Below, piece by piece: positions 18,640 to 29,029 of a DNA stretch of 64,000 nucleotides. The notes below the pieces were generated by a model. It did no database searches, had not been told where the DNA came from, and saw only the letters and a program-made list of their open reading frames with translations. Position 1 is the stretch's first letter; every line of letters starts with the position of its first letter. The position numbers were made by a program, and so were the translations under genes. Source of the stretch: a virus (lineage: Duplodnaviria > Caudoviricetes); IMG/VR virus record IMGVR_UViG_3300025073_000608, positions 1-64,000 of that record; one strand, given 5' to 3'.

Positions 18640-21600
18640 ATGCCTAATAGTTGGGTAAGGTTAAAGCAATTAAATAAACCAGAAGTTTCTGGTTATATTT
18701 TAGAGGTAGTTGGAGAATATTTAAATACTGGGTCTATTACAGGAACAGCAACAAATACTGGCCAACTCACTGGAGAATTTTATCCCCGTCATTCTAATCC
18801 TTCTGGTTATATATCTTCTGTCGAATCCGACACTTTCGTTACTTATCCATATTTATCTGGTAATAATACTAATATTCTTACTCAGGTAGATAATGGTTAT
18901 TATCCTCGTTCTAATCCTAGCGGATTTTTAGTATCTGGTCAAGTAGTATCTGGAATGATGGCCCAAACAGGATTTGCTTTTAATAGCAATGGGCAATATA
19001 CTGGATTTGTTTTATGGGCTAATACTCAAGAACTTCCATTTTTAAAATTCGATGGGGCTCAAAATCTATTTCAAATTAAAAGTCTTAATAATACAGGAAT
19101 CATTAATTTAAGTCCAGGAATTTCTGGACGTTCTATTATTTCTGGATTTGATTTATTTGTTTCTAAAATTAATAACGAGCCGTATCTTTCTTCTGGTTAT
19201 ATTACTGGAAACTTCATGAAGTCCGCTTATTTTAATGGCGCGAGCGGATTGATTTTAGATTATTTAAGTTTACAGGATGTTATTCGTGGTGGGGTATTTC
19301 ATTTTAAGACAGGCACATCAGAGAATTATTATTTGCTTGGAAAAAGATTAGGTTTTCCATCAGAAAATATAGTAATGGATATGTATGGTTTAACTAATTC
19401 CTTATATGGAATAAGTTCAAATCGTCCATTTGTTCTTGGTTTTAATGTTTATGCTCAAGAGTTATATTCTAGTGGTTATCGAGCCGTTACGACTCTTGAT
19501 TTTGCAAATAGCGGATATGTTACATTTGTTCAATTAACTGGGGCCAGCGGAGCTTTATCAGATGCCATAAATCAGGTAACTACAAATTTAGCTATTACTG
19601 GCAATTATTTACTTAATCGTTTTACTGGATTAGAGAATAGCGGAAATGTAAAGACGACAGGTAATCAAACTATTACAGGAATAAAAAGATTTACATCTTC
19701 AGTAGAATTTTCTGGCGTGGATGGATTAAGTGGTATTCAAAATATAAATTCTACTTATTGGAAATTGACTTCTTCTGGTTTAACTATTGGTAATACTGGC
19801 GGATATCAAGTTATAATAAATCCGAATAATTCTACCGGGGTTTTTCTTGTTAAGGATAGTACTATTGGTTATACGGGACCATCTCTTGGGGTTGGTTTTA
19901 GATATGATGGAGGAGGATTTTTATCAAGGGGGAAAATAGCTTTTGATGACGAGGGAAATACTGTTATTACTGCTGGACAAGTAAGATTCGCTGGGACAAC
20001 AGCGATGGTTACAGCAGGGGGGATTTTTTCTGGAAATGGAAGTCTTCTTACTAATTTAAATACTGGACAACTTACTGGCGTATTAGTTCAACAAAGTGAT
20101 TTAAATAATATTCGTCTTGTTCTTTATAATACTGGAGCGGGAACTAATCCTTTAGTTTTTACCTCTTCTGCATTTTATTTAACTAATCAATCTGGGACAT
20201 CAAAAATTAATTTATATGATGCTTCTCCATATATTAGTGGGTTTACATTTAAAAATTGTATTATTTCTGGATATGTGGCTACCACTGGAAATCAAACGAT
20301 TGCTGGTATTAAAACTTTTACTAATAATATTTACGTTTCTAACATTTCAAATACGGGAAACGTCGCTGGAATTAGTGTTGTTTTGGGAATATTGTCTGAC
20401 CCAGATTCTTTAGCGAGTATTAATTGGAGTGGTCGTCAACTATTAGATTATTCAGAACAGGAAAAACTTAATTGGAATAGTGGAATATTGGTGGGTAATT
20501 GGACTCTTAGTGGCTATAACCTCATTACTCAAGCCCAAACGGGACTTTTTGTTTCAACTGGTCAATCAGGAAATTTTTATCCAAGATATTCTAATCCAAG
20601 TAACTATATTACGGCTGCTGAGGCTGGTGGTGTTACTAGTATTAATGGACTATCAGGTATATTAACTGTTACTGGAGCTGGGCAAGTAATTTCTACATTG
20701 GTTGGTTCTACTTTTACTTTTAGCGGAACGACAAGTGGATTAGTTACAACTGGTGTTACTGGGCAGTTTGCTATGGCTAGTAAAACAGGAATATTTATTA
20801 ACACTGGTCAGACTGGACAGTTTGCTATCGCTTCTAAAACCGGAGTATTTATTACTACAAGCCAAACGGGTCAGTTTGCTAGAAGTGGTAGTTATATTAC
20901 TGGAGCGGGAACAACTGGTTATTATAATCTAACGGGAATATTAAGAATATCAGGACAAGGAACTATAACTATTACTACTGGAAATGTAGCTTCTGGACAA
21001 ATGGGACTAATTATTTCTGGTGGAGTTCCTAATACGGGAAGTTTTATTACGACGGGTCAGACAGGACAATTTTATTCAATCTTAAATCCAGCACAATTTA
21101 TTCGTTCGGGAGACGTGGCGGCTACTTATGTATCTGGAACAAAAACTGGGGCGTTTGTAGAAACAGGAAGGACTGGAATTTTAGCTGATAGGCGATATGT
21201 ATCTACAGGATATGTTGCGGTAATTGGAAATACTTCTATTAGCGGAACGAAAACATTTTTAGGGACAGTTGTAACGACCAACATCGCTGCTAAATCTACG
21301 ATTACATCTCCTACCGCTCAAATTCATTTTGCTCCAAGTTATACTGGTCCAAATACGGCCCCAATGAAATTTAATAGTGGTTGGTTAATGACGACACCAG
21401 AAAGCGGAGCTGTTGAATACGATGGACAGTTTCTTTATTTAACTGATGGAACTGGTGTTAGAGATAAATTTTTAACATCAGGAACAGGATTAAATCTTTT
21501 TGCTCTTAATACTAAAACTGGTGGATTTGTTGAAAGTTCAAAAACGGGTTCATTTGTCGAGAGTGGTAAAACTGGTTCTTTCGTTGAAAATTTTAAAACA

Positions 21601-24600
21601 GGAGCTTTTGTTGTATCTGGAAAGACAGGAAGTTTCGTTGAGAGTAGTAAAACTGGAGCTTTTGTAGAAAATAGCGAAACTGGAAGTTTTATCACGTCAT
21701 CTTTAACTGGTTCGTTTATTACATCAGGTCAAACTGGACAGTTTTATCCAATAAGTAACCCAGCTCAATTTACTAACTCTGGGAACATTTCTGGTTTAGT
21801 AGAAAATTGGAAAATTAGTAATAGAGGAAATGCTGTATCTAACTCAGCTATGATTGGTGGTTCTCCAGGAATATATAATTCGGGAGGAGCAATGCCATCT
21901 AGTTGGATTTATGCTAACGCTGCGGGACTAGGACAGATTTATGCTATTTTAGGTCAAACGGGTTTTGAGAGTGGATATAACACTTTAGATATAAGGTTTT
22001 CTGGTGTTGCTACTTATGATTCTACTATTATTGTTTATTATTTATATGCTACTCAACCAGCGAGTACTCATTCGGGGCAATATTGGACTACTAATTTTGA
22101 TGCAAGATTAATTAGTGGTACTGGGATTATATTAACACCAGGTATTGTAGAGAGAAATTCTTCTTTTACATCTTTAGGTAGTATCAATGGACCTTCGGTA
22201 AGTTTAATTAATTCTGGTTATTTAACTTTAACTGCAACTAGTAAAATGACCCAACCTACGGTGGCTTATTTTGCACCAGTAATATATAGTTATTATGCTT
22301 CTGGGGTAACGGTAGATGCCTCGATTAGATTACGAAAAATATCTGCTAGACAAACAAGTTGGGAGTCTGATTATATTGTAACGTCGGGTATTCCTATTTA
22401 TGCAACCACTGGACAAATTGTGTTTGTTTCAATGACCGGGGAATTTTATCCTCGTTCTGGAAATCCTTCTGGATTTGTAATGGGTAGTCAAACAGGAGTA
22501 TTTGTAACCACTAGCCAAACGGGGGCTTATTATCCAATCAATAATCCCGCAAGTTTTATTCGTTCTGGAGATGTAACCACAACCTACGCATTAAACACCA
22601 AAACGGGAGATTTCGTTGAGGATACAAAAACTGGTTCATTCGTGGAAATATCCAAGCTGATAACCGGGTCGGTAATAACTACTGGTAATCAAACAATTTC
22701 TGGGGTTAAAACTTTTGTTTCCATGTTACATATTAAAACCCCCGTTGATTATACCGGACCAGACGCGGCCCTTATTAAATTCAACAGCGGGGTGTTGATA
22801 AGTCCCCCTTACGAAAGCGGGACGGTAGAATATGATGGTTATCATCTATGGTTAACGGACGGAACGGGAGTTAGAAATGCTATCATGACCTCGGGGGATA
22901 TTACTGGGCAATTTTATCCCATTTCTAATCCTGCCTCATTTATCCGTTCTGGAGACGTAACGACCACGTATGCGTTAAACACTAAGACGGGGAATTTCGT
23001 AGAAGATTCCGATACGGGTAAGTTCGCCGACGCTTCGTTAAGCACGTATTACGCGCTTAATACTAAAACGGGAGCTTTTATTACAAGTAGCCAAACGGGT
23101 AATTTCATCGAACAAAATAGAACGGGTATCCTTAGTGGACTTATTCTTACAACTGGATTAAGAATGCAAGGTCCGTTAACTACAAATTTCAATTCTTCAT
23201 TAATTGAAGCACATAATAATGTTGCATTTTATGCCAATAATAGTGGTGGGACAACTGCTTTTACAGGAATAATAAAATTAACTATGCCTTTTTCTTGGAC
23301 AACATCTATGATGTCTTTAGAATTAGATGGATTTGTACATGATTATTCAGGAGCTTGGAAATTATTATTAGGGGGAACCAATCATGCGACGACTATTCCT
23401 GCCCAATGGTTTTATTGCGATGCAAAATCATTAGGCACATTACCTTTTTCTGGGGTTCGTTTTGGTCATGATGGAACAAATTGTTGTGTTTTATTAGGAT
23501 TTACGGGAACTGTTTGGCAATATCCAAAAATTATATTATCTAGAGTTCTTTTGGGTCAAAGTAATTTTTTAAATAGGGCTACTGGATGGAGTTTTTCTCC
23601 GATTACAGATGATTCATCAATAACAGGTATTGTTACTGGAAGACTTAATTATTTATCTCAAGCGGATACTCTTGATGGATATCACGCTTCATCGTTTGCG
23701 TTTGCGAGCCAAACGGGAAGTTTCATTACATCTAATCAAACGGGAGCTTATTATCCGATTAATAACCCGGCTCAATTTATTAGAAGTGGAGATGTTACCA
23801 CAACATATGCTCTTAACACTAAAACTGGCTCATTTGTTGAATCTTCTAAGACTGGTTATTTAGAAAGAGATTTATATTTTAATTCTTATCTATCGTCTAC
23901 TGGTACATTAAGTAGTTGGTGGTATAGAATTGCTATGAGTCCATGGTCTGATAGCGGTAGAGGGGCTGCTTGGGTAAGTGTAGGTGGTGAAGGTGGATTT
24001 ACTGTTCCTGGCACTCACGTTTTTTATATTAGTAAAGATTGGACTACTGGAGCAGCTATATCTTTATTACATCAAACTAATAATAGATTTATTAAAGCCA
24101 GAATTGTATTAAATAGTGTCAATGCATTTTCTGCATTTGATATTTTTGCAACTAATACAGATACAGGGTCTACACCCTCAATGTTTTGTTTAGTTAAGAA
24201 TGATGATTCATTTCATCATTCTTCTTATAAATGGAGTGGTTGTCCTTGGAGTGGATATACATCTTTACCAGCAAATGAAATGATAATGACGGAGTTAGAT
24301 ATTTCTAATAATGCTGGATTAGGTTTTGCTTATGGGATGAATACTGGAATATTTAAAGCTGATATTTTCGGTATTCAAACTAGTAATATAAATATGACCG
24401 GGGGTATTTATGGGGCCACTAATACAGGAGCTTTTGTTGAGAATTCTGATACGGGAAAATTCGCTGACGCATCGTTGAGTACATATTATACCCTTAATAC
24501 TAAGACAGGCAATTTTGTTGAACAAAATAAAAATGCCAACCTTAGCGGTTTACTTACAAGTGGATTACAGATTAGGGGACCAACTACTGTAGATTTAGAC

Positions 24601-27600
24601 CAAAACGTTAGTATTGTTCGATATAAAGATGTGGCTACTTTTGTCGGAGATTATAGTGGGGCACCAACACCACAAACGGGGACATTAAAATTAAGACTCC
24701 CATTTTCTTGGTCTGAAACAATGTTGTATTTGGAAATAGACGGGTATAGCTATAATGCTAGTGCTAGTTATCCCACAACAGGAGCTTGGAAATTATTATT
24801 AGGTGGATTCTGTGCATCATCTACTAATAGTTGGTTTCAATATTCAGCGAAGTCTTTAGGCTCTATTCCCTTTTCTGGGGTAAGATTTGCCCATGATGGA
24901 ACAAATAATTGTATATTATTAGGACAAACAGGCACCGTTTGGTGGTATCCTAAAATATTTCTTTCTCAAATAACAATGGGTTATTTGAATTTTCGTAATA
25001 AATCTACTGGTTATAATTTTACTTTAGTTACTGACGAATCAAATATTACGGGTCAAAAAACTGGTATTTTAAACGAATATTCTAATTCTGACTTATTGGA
25101 TGGTTATCATGCGTCATCGTTTACTTTGGCTTCTCAGACGGGCTCATTTATTACGAGCAGTCAAACGGGTCAGTTTTATCCAATTACGAATCCCGCTTCG
25201 TTTATCCGTTCTGGAGACGTAACGACCACGTATGCGTTAAACACTAAGACGGGGAATTTCGTAGAAGATTCCGATACGGGTAAGTTCGCCGACGCATCGT
25301 TAAGCACGTATTATGCGCTGAATACGAAAACTGGCTCATTTGTCACTTCATTATCTACTGGGGGATTCGTTACTACTGGTCAAACTGGAAATTTTGTGCC
25401 AGCTAGCGTAGGAACTGGATATTTTGATAGATATTATTATCCAGTTAAAGGAATTATTGATAATTGGAGGTTAAGTAATATAGGTAATGCTGTTCCTAAT
25501 TCAGCATTAAAAGGAACGAATACTCCTGGGATTTATGGTTCTGGTGGAGCGATGCCTTATGGATGGAGTTATGCTTATGGAAATCCAACACAGGTTACTG
25601 GAATTGTTGGAAATACTGGCGTTGAAAGTGGTTATGAATATATAGATTTTAGATTATCTGGAAGACCAAATATCGTAAGTGCTGGTGGAGTGTATGCAGC
25701 ATTTAATACCGCAAGATTTTCGCCTGCTAGTGTGGGGGATATTTGGTTAGGAAGTTGTGAAGCAAGATTACTAAGCGGAACAGGGATTACTTTGTCGGTT
25801 TTAATTACAGAAAGAAACTCAGCAGATTCTTCTTTAAATTCTACTTATGGTTCCACAATTACCCTTCTTTCATCTGATACTGGATATCAGACATCAAGTG
25901 GAGTCAGGACTTTTACAGAAGCCACCGTCGCTTATCCTGGTTTACAATTTTTTCATCAAAATACAGCAAATGTAACTGTAGACGCATCGTTTCGTATTAG
26001 AAAACCGTCTTTACGTCTTATTTCTTGGGAAAATGATTACGTTTCGACAACTGGGACTGGTATTAGACCAACGACTGGAGAGATAGTTTTTGCTTCTATG
26101 ACTGGTGGTTTTATTACTACTGGTCAGAGTGGTCAATTTTATCCGATTACCAATCCGGCCTCGTTTATCCGTTCTGGGGATGTAACAACAACGTATGCGC
26201 TGAACACTAAAACGGGCAATTTCGTAGAAGATGCTGATACAGGTAAGTTCGCTGACGCATCATTGAGCACGTATTACGCACTGAATACCAAAACGGGAAG
26301 TTTTATAGATGGCACCGCTTTAACTACTGGATTTGTAAGAACTACAGGTAATCAAACAGTTAGCGGAATTAAGACCTTCGCTTCCCAATTAAAAGTTTCT
26401 TCTATCGTCTCATCTGGAAGTTCTCTTTCGATGGTCGATTTAGAAAATTCTAGAACAACAACAAGCGCGGGCTCGGCAAGTATTGACTGGGATAGTCGTG
26501 ATTTATTAAAGAATACAGAAGATTCGACGTTAAATTGGCAATCAAAATTGCTAACAGGTGGAGCTTGGAATGCAGAAGGACTAACTTTAAGTGGTTATAA
26601 TGTTATTACTGAAGGAAACATAAGTTCTTTTGCGGGGACGCCTTCTTCTACCGGATTTGTAAGAACTACTGGATTACAAGTGGTGAGTGGAACCAAATCT
26701 TTTCTTTCAACTATATATGCGATATATATTGGTTCGGATGGAAGTTCTCAATATATTGATTTTGTAGGCTCACAAATAATAGCCGATGATGGATTAGCTT
26801 CGATTTGGTGGAGTTTAAGAGAGTTGTTAGATAATGGAGAATCTACGACTTTAAACTGGAATACTCGTTTATTAACTGGGGGAAATTGGTATGCCCAAGG
26901 ATTAGTTCTTAGTGGTTATAATGTCGTTACAGAAGGAAACATAACCCAATTTACTTCTGGGACTTCATATACTGGAATTGTTAAAACAACAGGAAATCAA
27001 ACAATTTCAGGAACAAAAACATTTGCCGATAATATTAATGTAAATACAATCGGTCCGGCAGCGGGGGGAAGTTCTATTTCCGTAGATAGCAAACAACTTT
27101 ATAGTTTATTTGGGGTTTCTTTAGATTGGGCATCTTATATTTTAAACGATAATTTAGAGAATTTATCTATTAATTGGTCTGGAAGAATTCTTACTGGAGA
27201 CTGGAAAGCTAAATCATTATCGCTTAGTGGATATAATGTTGTAACAGATAATAAAACTGGAGGATTTTTAGATAGCTCCGCTTTAACTACCGGATATGTA
27301 AGAACTACTGGCAATCAGATAGTTTCTGGAAATAAAACTTTTTATAATAATGTAGGATTTAGAGTAGAAAATGTTGGCATTGCCCAAGCTTATTTCAGTG
27401 GAAATAGTGCCGGAAAAGCTGCTTGTGCCCCAATGAGATTCGGTAGCGGAGCATTAATTGCCAGCCCTGAATCTGGAGCGGTAGAATATGATGGAAATGC
27501 CCTTTATTTAACAGACACCAGGGGTAATAGACGAAGAATCGCTTCTGACAATACCATTTCAGTTAATCCTGGTGCCACCGTCCATCTAAACGCAATATCT

Positions 27601-27876
27601 GGCACAACTTTTAAAGTAAGATTAAAGGAAGATACGTCAATAATTATTACTGGATTATATGATGGACAAGAGATAAGGGTTATCGTTACCAATCCTAAAT
27701 CTCAGTCATGGGTAGTAACATGGACTGGAGAATACTTTTTCTGTTGGGATGGTGCCGGTTCCCCAGTTCAAACGGTGGGGAGCGCGAGTGGGGATAAAAC
27801 GGACTTTTATCGTTTTTCTCGTATTTCTTCTGGGGTATTCGGTTCTTATACTCAGAATTATAATTGGCCAGTGTAA
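18640..27876 (+). CDS. giant modular fibre / adhesin (3078 aa)
   Basis: Fibre repeats TTGNQTISGxKTF, YPxxNPxxF, KTGxFV, DxLDGYHAS; duplicated globular modules. Confidence 0.8.
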   Translation: MPNSWVRLKQLNKPEVSGYILEVVGEYLNTGSITGTATNTGQLTGEFYPRHSNPSGYISSVESDTFVTYPYLSGNNTNILTQVDNGYYPRSNPSGFLVSGQVVSGMMAQTGFAFNSNGQYTGFVLWANTQELPFLKFDGAQNLFQIKSLNNTGIINLSPGISGRSIISGFDLFVSKINNEPYLSSGYITGNFMKSAYFNGASGLILDYLSLQDVIRGGVFHFKTGTSENYYLLGKRLGFPSENIVMDMYGLTNSLYGISSNRPFVLGFNVYAQELYSSGYRAVTTLDFANSGYVTFVQLTGASGALSDAINQVTTNLAITGNYLLNRFTGLENSGNVKTTGNQTITGIKRFTSSVEFSGVDGLSGIQNINSTYWKLTSSGLTIGNTGGYQVIINPNNSTGVFLVKDSTIGYTGPSLGVGFRYDGGGFLSRGKIAFDDEGNTVITAGQVRFAGTTAMVTAGGIFSGNGSLLTNLNTGQLTGVLVQQSDLNNIRLVLYNTGAGTNPLVFTSSAFYLTNQSGTSKINLYDASPYISGFTFKNCIISGYVATTGNQTIAGIKTFTNNIYVSNISNTGNVAGISVVLGILSDPDSLASINWSGRQLLDYSEQEKLNWNSGILVGNWTLSGYNLITQAQTGLFVSTGQSGNFYPRYSNPSNYITAAEAGGVTSINGLSGILTVTGAGQVISTLVGSTFTFSGTTSGLVTTGVTGQFAMASKTGIFINTGQTGQFAIASKTGVFITTSQTGQFARSGSYITGAGTTGYYNLTGILRISGQGTITITTGNVASGQMGLIISGGVPNTGSFITTGQTGQFYSILNPAQFIRSGDVAATYVSGTKTGAFVETGRTGILADRRYVSTGYVAVIGNTSISGTKTFLGTVVTTNIAAKSTITSPTAQIHFAPSYTGPNTAPMKFNSGWLMTTPESGAVEYDGQFLYLTDGTGVRDKFLTSGTGLNLFALNTKTGGFVESSKTGSFVESGKTGSFVENFKTGAFVVSGKTGSFVESSKTGAFVENSETGSFITSSLTGSFITSGQTGQFYPISNPAQFTNSGNISGLVENWKISNRGNAVSNSAMIGGSPGIYNSGGAMPSSWIYANAAGLGQIYAILGQTGFESGYNTLDIRFSGVATYDSTIIVYYLYATQPASTHSGQYWTTNFDARLISGTGIILTPGIVERNSSFTSLGSINGPSVSLINSGYLTLTATSKMTQPTVAYFAPVIYSYYASGVTVDASIRLRKISARQTSWESDYIVTSGIPIYATTGQIVFVSMTGEFYPRSGNPSGFVMGSQTGVFVTTSQTGAYYPINNPASFIRSGDVTTTYALNTKTGDFVEDTKTGSFVEISKLITGSVITTGNQTISGVKTFVSMLHIKTPVDYTGPDAALIKFNSGVLISPPYESGTVEYDGYHLWLTDGTGVRNAIMTSGDITGQFYPISNPASFIRSGDVTTTYALNTKTGNFVEDSDTGKFADASLSTYYALNTKTGAFITSSQTGNFIEQNRTGILSGLILTTGLRMQGPLTTNFNSSLIEAHNNVAFYANNSGGTTAFTGIIKLTMPFSWTTSMMSLELDGFVHDYSGAWKLLLGGTNHATTIPAQWFYCDAKSLGTLPFSGVRFGHDGTNCCVLLGFTGTVWQYPKIILSRVLLGQSNFLNRATGWSFSPITDDSSITGIVTGRLNYLSQADTLDGYHASSFAFASQTGSFITSNQTGAYYPINNPAQFIRSGDVTTTYALNTKTGSFVESSKTGYLERDLYFNSYLSSTGTLSSWWYRIAMSPWSDSGRGAAWVSVGGEGGFTVPGTHVFYISKDWTTGAAISLLHQTNNRFIKARIVLNSVNAFSAFDIFATNTDTGSTPSMFCLVKNDDSFHHSSYKWSGCPWSGYTSLPANEMIMTELDISNNAGLGFAYGMNTGIFKADIFGIQTSNINMTGGIYGATNTGAFVENSDTGKFADASLSTYYTLNTKTGNFVEQNKNANLSGLLTSGLQIRGPTTVDLDQNVSIVRYKDVATFVGDYSGAPTPQTGTLKLRLPFSWSETMLYLEIDGYSYNASASYPTTGAWKLLLGGFCASSTNSWFQYSAKSLGSIPFSGVRFAHDGTNNCILLGQTGTVWWYPKIFLSQITMGYLNFRNKSTGYNFTLVTDESNITGQKTGILNEYSNSDLLDGYHASSFTLASQTGSFITSSQTGQFYPITNPASFIRSGDVTTTYALNTKTGNFVEDSDTGKFADASLSTYYALNTKTGSFVTSLSTGGFVTTGQTGNFVPASVGTGYFDRYYYPVKGIIDNWRLSNIGNAVPNSALKGTNTPGIYGSGGAMPYGWSYAYGNPTQVTGIVGNTGVESGYEYIDFRLSGRPNIVSAGGVYAAFNTARFSPASVGDIWLGSCEARLLSGTGITLSVLITERNSADSSLNSTYGSTITLLSSDTGYQTSSGVRTFTEATVAYPGLQFFHQNTANVTVDASFRIRKPSLRLISWENDYVSTTGTGIRPTTGEIVFASMTGGFITTGQSGQFYPITNPASFIRSGDVTTTYALNTKTGNFVEDADTGKFADASLSTYYALNTKTGSFIDGTALTTGFVRTTGNQTVSGIKTFASQLKVSSIVSSGSSLSMVDLENSRTTTSAGSASIDWDSRDLLKNTEDSTLNWQSKLLTGGAWNAEGLTLSGYNVITEGNISSFAGTPSSTGFVRTTGLQVVSGTKSFLSTIYAIYIGSDGSSQYIDFVGSQIIADDGLASIWWSLRELLDNGESTTLNWNTRLLTGGNWYAQGLVLSGYNVVTEGNITQFTSGTSYTGIVKTTGNQTISGTKTFADNINVNTIGPAAGGSSISVDSKQLYSLFGVSLDWASYILNDNLENLSINWSGRILTGDWKAKSLSLSGYNVVTDNKTGGFLDSSALTTGYVRTTGNQIVSGNKTFYNNVGFRVENVGIAQAYFSGNSAGKAACAPMRFGSGALIASPESGAVEYDGNALYLTDTRGNRRRIASDNTISVNPGATVHLNAISGTTFKVRLKEDTSIIITGLYDGQEIRVIVTNPKSQSWVVTWTGEYFFCWDGAGSPVQTVGSASGDKTDFYRFSRISSGVFGSYTQNYNWPV
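21514..21744 (+). repeat. 27-bp / 9-aa tandem repeat (KTGSFVESS-like), about 8.5 units
   Basis: KTGGFVESS KTGSFVESG KTGSFVENF KTGAFVVSG KTGSFVESS KTGAFVENS ETGSFITSS LTGSFITSG QTGQF. Confidence 0.9.
22939..23033 (+). repeat. 95-bp perfect direct repeat, copy 1
   Basis: tttatccgttctggagacgtaacg...ttcgccgacgc is identical to 25201..25295. Confidence 0.9.
25201..25295 (+). repeat. 95-bp perfect direct repeat, copy 2
   Basis: Identical to 22939..23033; a diverged (mostly synonymous) third copy lies at about 26164..26260. Confidence 0.9.
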
Positions 27877-27884
27877 TTAAAACC
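27871..27884 (+). promoter_or_regulatory. GTGTAA-type candidate late promoter overlapping the fibre stop codon
   Basis: GTG TAA (last codon and stop of the fibre) then TTAAAACC, 14 nt before ATG 27885. Confidence 0.6.
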
Positions 27885-28220
27885 ATGACAACTTACGATT
27901 TAGAAATTTATCAGGGGGCGACGTATTCTTTAGGTTTAACGCTTAGAGACGATGATAGCGTTCCTATTGACTTAACTCCTTATACCATGAGCGGTTATTT
28001 AAAAAAGAGATATTCAGATACCACTAAATTAGCTGATTTAAATGCGACGGTAGTCACTCCCGCTAGTGGGACCATTACTTTAAGTATTGCATCAACTGGA
28101 ACCGCTATTTTACCTATTGCTTATTTAGTATATGACGTAGAGATTAGACATACAGGAACAGCGGTCGTATCTAAAGCTTTAATGGGTAAGGCTTCCGTAT
28201 ATCCAGAGGCCACATATTAA
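27885..28220 (+). CDS. small Ig-like virion protein (BppU N-terminal-like)
   Basis: DLEIYQGAT...PIDLT...GTITLSI...YDVEI pattern; ATG 27885 preferred over TTG 27864. Confidence 0.6.
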   Translation: MTTYDLEIYQGATYSLGLTLRDDDSVPIDLTPYTMSGYLKKRYSDTTKLADLNATVVTPASGTITLSIASTGTAILPIAYLVYDVEIRHTGTAVVSKALMGKASVYPEATY

Positions 28221-28228
28221 AATAATAA

Positions 28229-29026
28229 ATGAATATTACGGTTACTGTTATTTCAGGACTGAATGTTGAGGCAAGTGTCGGTGGGAGCCCTCAATATTCT
28301 ACTTCTTTATCTACTCAGGAAGTTTCAGTTACCCAATCTAATTTAGAAGTCATTGTTTCTGATATCCCTTTCGTTCAAACGGGAGCTTCTACTGGTAGCT
28401 CTGTAGACACTGGTTGGATAGACTCAACCTATTATCCTCGTTCTAATCCAAGCGGTTTCGCTAGTGGTATCGACGCAAGTTCTTTATATCCAAGAACTAA
28501 CCCAAGCGGATACATTAATTCTGGATTTGTTACCGGATACACGTATTCTGGATATGTTTCAACAGGGCAAACCGGAAGCTTTGTTTCTATTTATAATACT
28601 GGTTCTTTTGTTACTACTGGACAAACAGGTTCTTTTGGGGGCGGGTCTACTCCAACAGGAAAATTATTAGATACAGGACAGGCCGCTTTAATTTATTATC
28701 CAATTTCTAATCCATCTGGTTTTATTACTAGTGCAGAATCATCTGGAGTTTTAAATATAAATGGTTTAATGGGAGCGGTTGATATTTTAAGTAATGATTT
28801 AAGTATCTCTACTGGAATTACCTCTTTAACTTTAGATTATTTTAAAAGTAACGCTACAATATTAAGAGACGGCGCTGATACGATTACGGGTGTAAATTAT
28901 GCTAATGGTCGAAGCGTAAGAATATATCGTAATATAGACGAGCAAATTACTGGCGTATCTTATGGTTATTATCAAAAAAGAATATTAAGGGATTCATCTA
29001 ATATTACTGGAATAGAATTTTTATAA
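28229..29026 (+). CDS. short fibre-like virion protein
   Basis: YPRSNPSG-type repeats and TGQTGSF shared with the giant fibre; GVLNINGLMG motif. Confidence 0.6.
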   Translation: MNITVTVISGLNVEASVGGSPQYSTSLSTQEVSVTQSNLEVIVSDIPFVQTGASTGSSVDTGWIDSTYYPRSNPSGFASGIDASSLYPRTNPSGYINSGFVTGYTYSGYVSTGQTGSFVSIYNTGSFVTTGQTGSFGGGSTPTGKLLDTGQAALIYYPISNPSGFITSAESSGVLNINGLMGAVDILSNDLSISTGITSLTLDYFKSNATILRDGADTITGVNYANGRSVRIYRNIDEQITGVSYGYYQKRILRDSSNITGIEFL

Positions 29027-29029
29027 TTT

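Noticed and set aside
22939-26300. Diversity-generating retroelement TR/VR pair or CRISPR array in the fibre repeats
   Set aside because: The repeats are coding and in frame. Differences are mostly synonymous and not adenine-specific. There is no reverse transcriptase, cas gene or repeat-spacer periodicity in the window.
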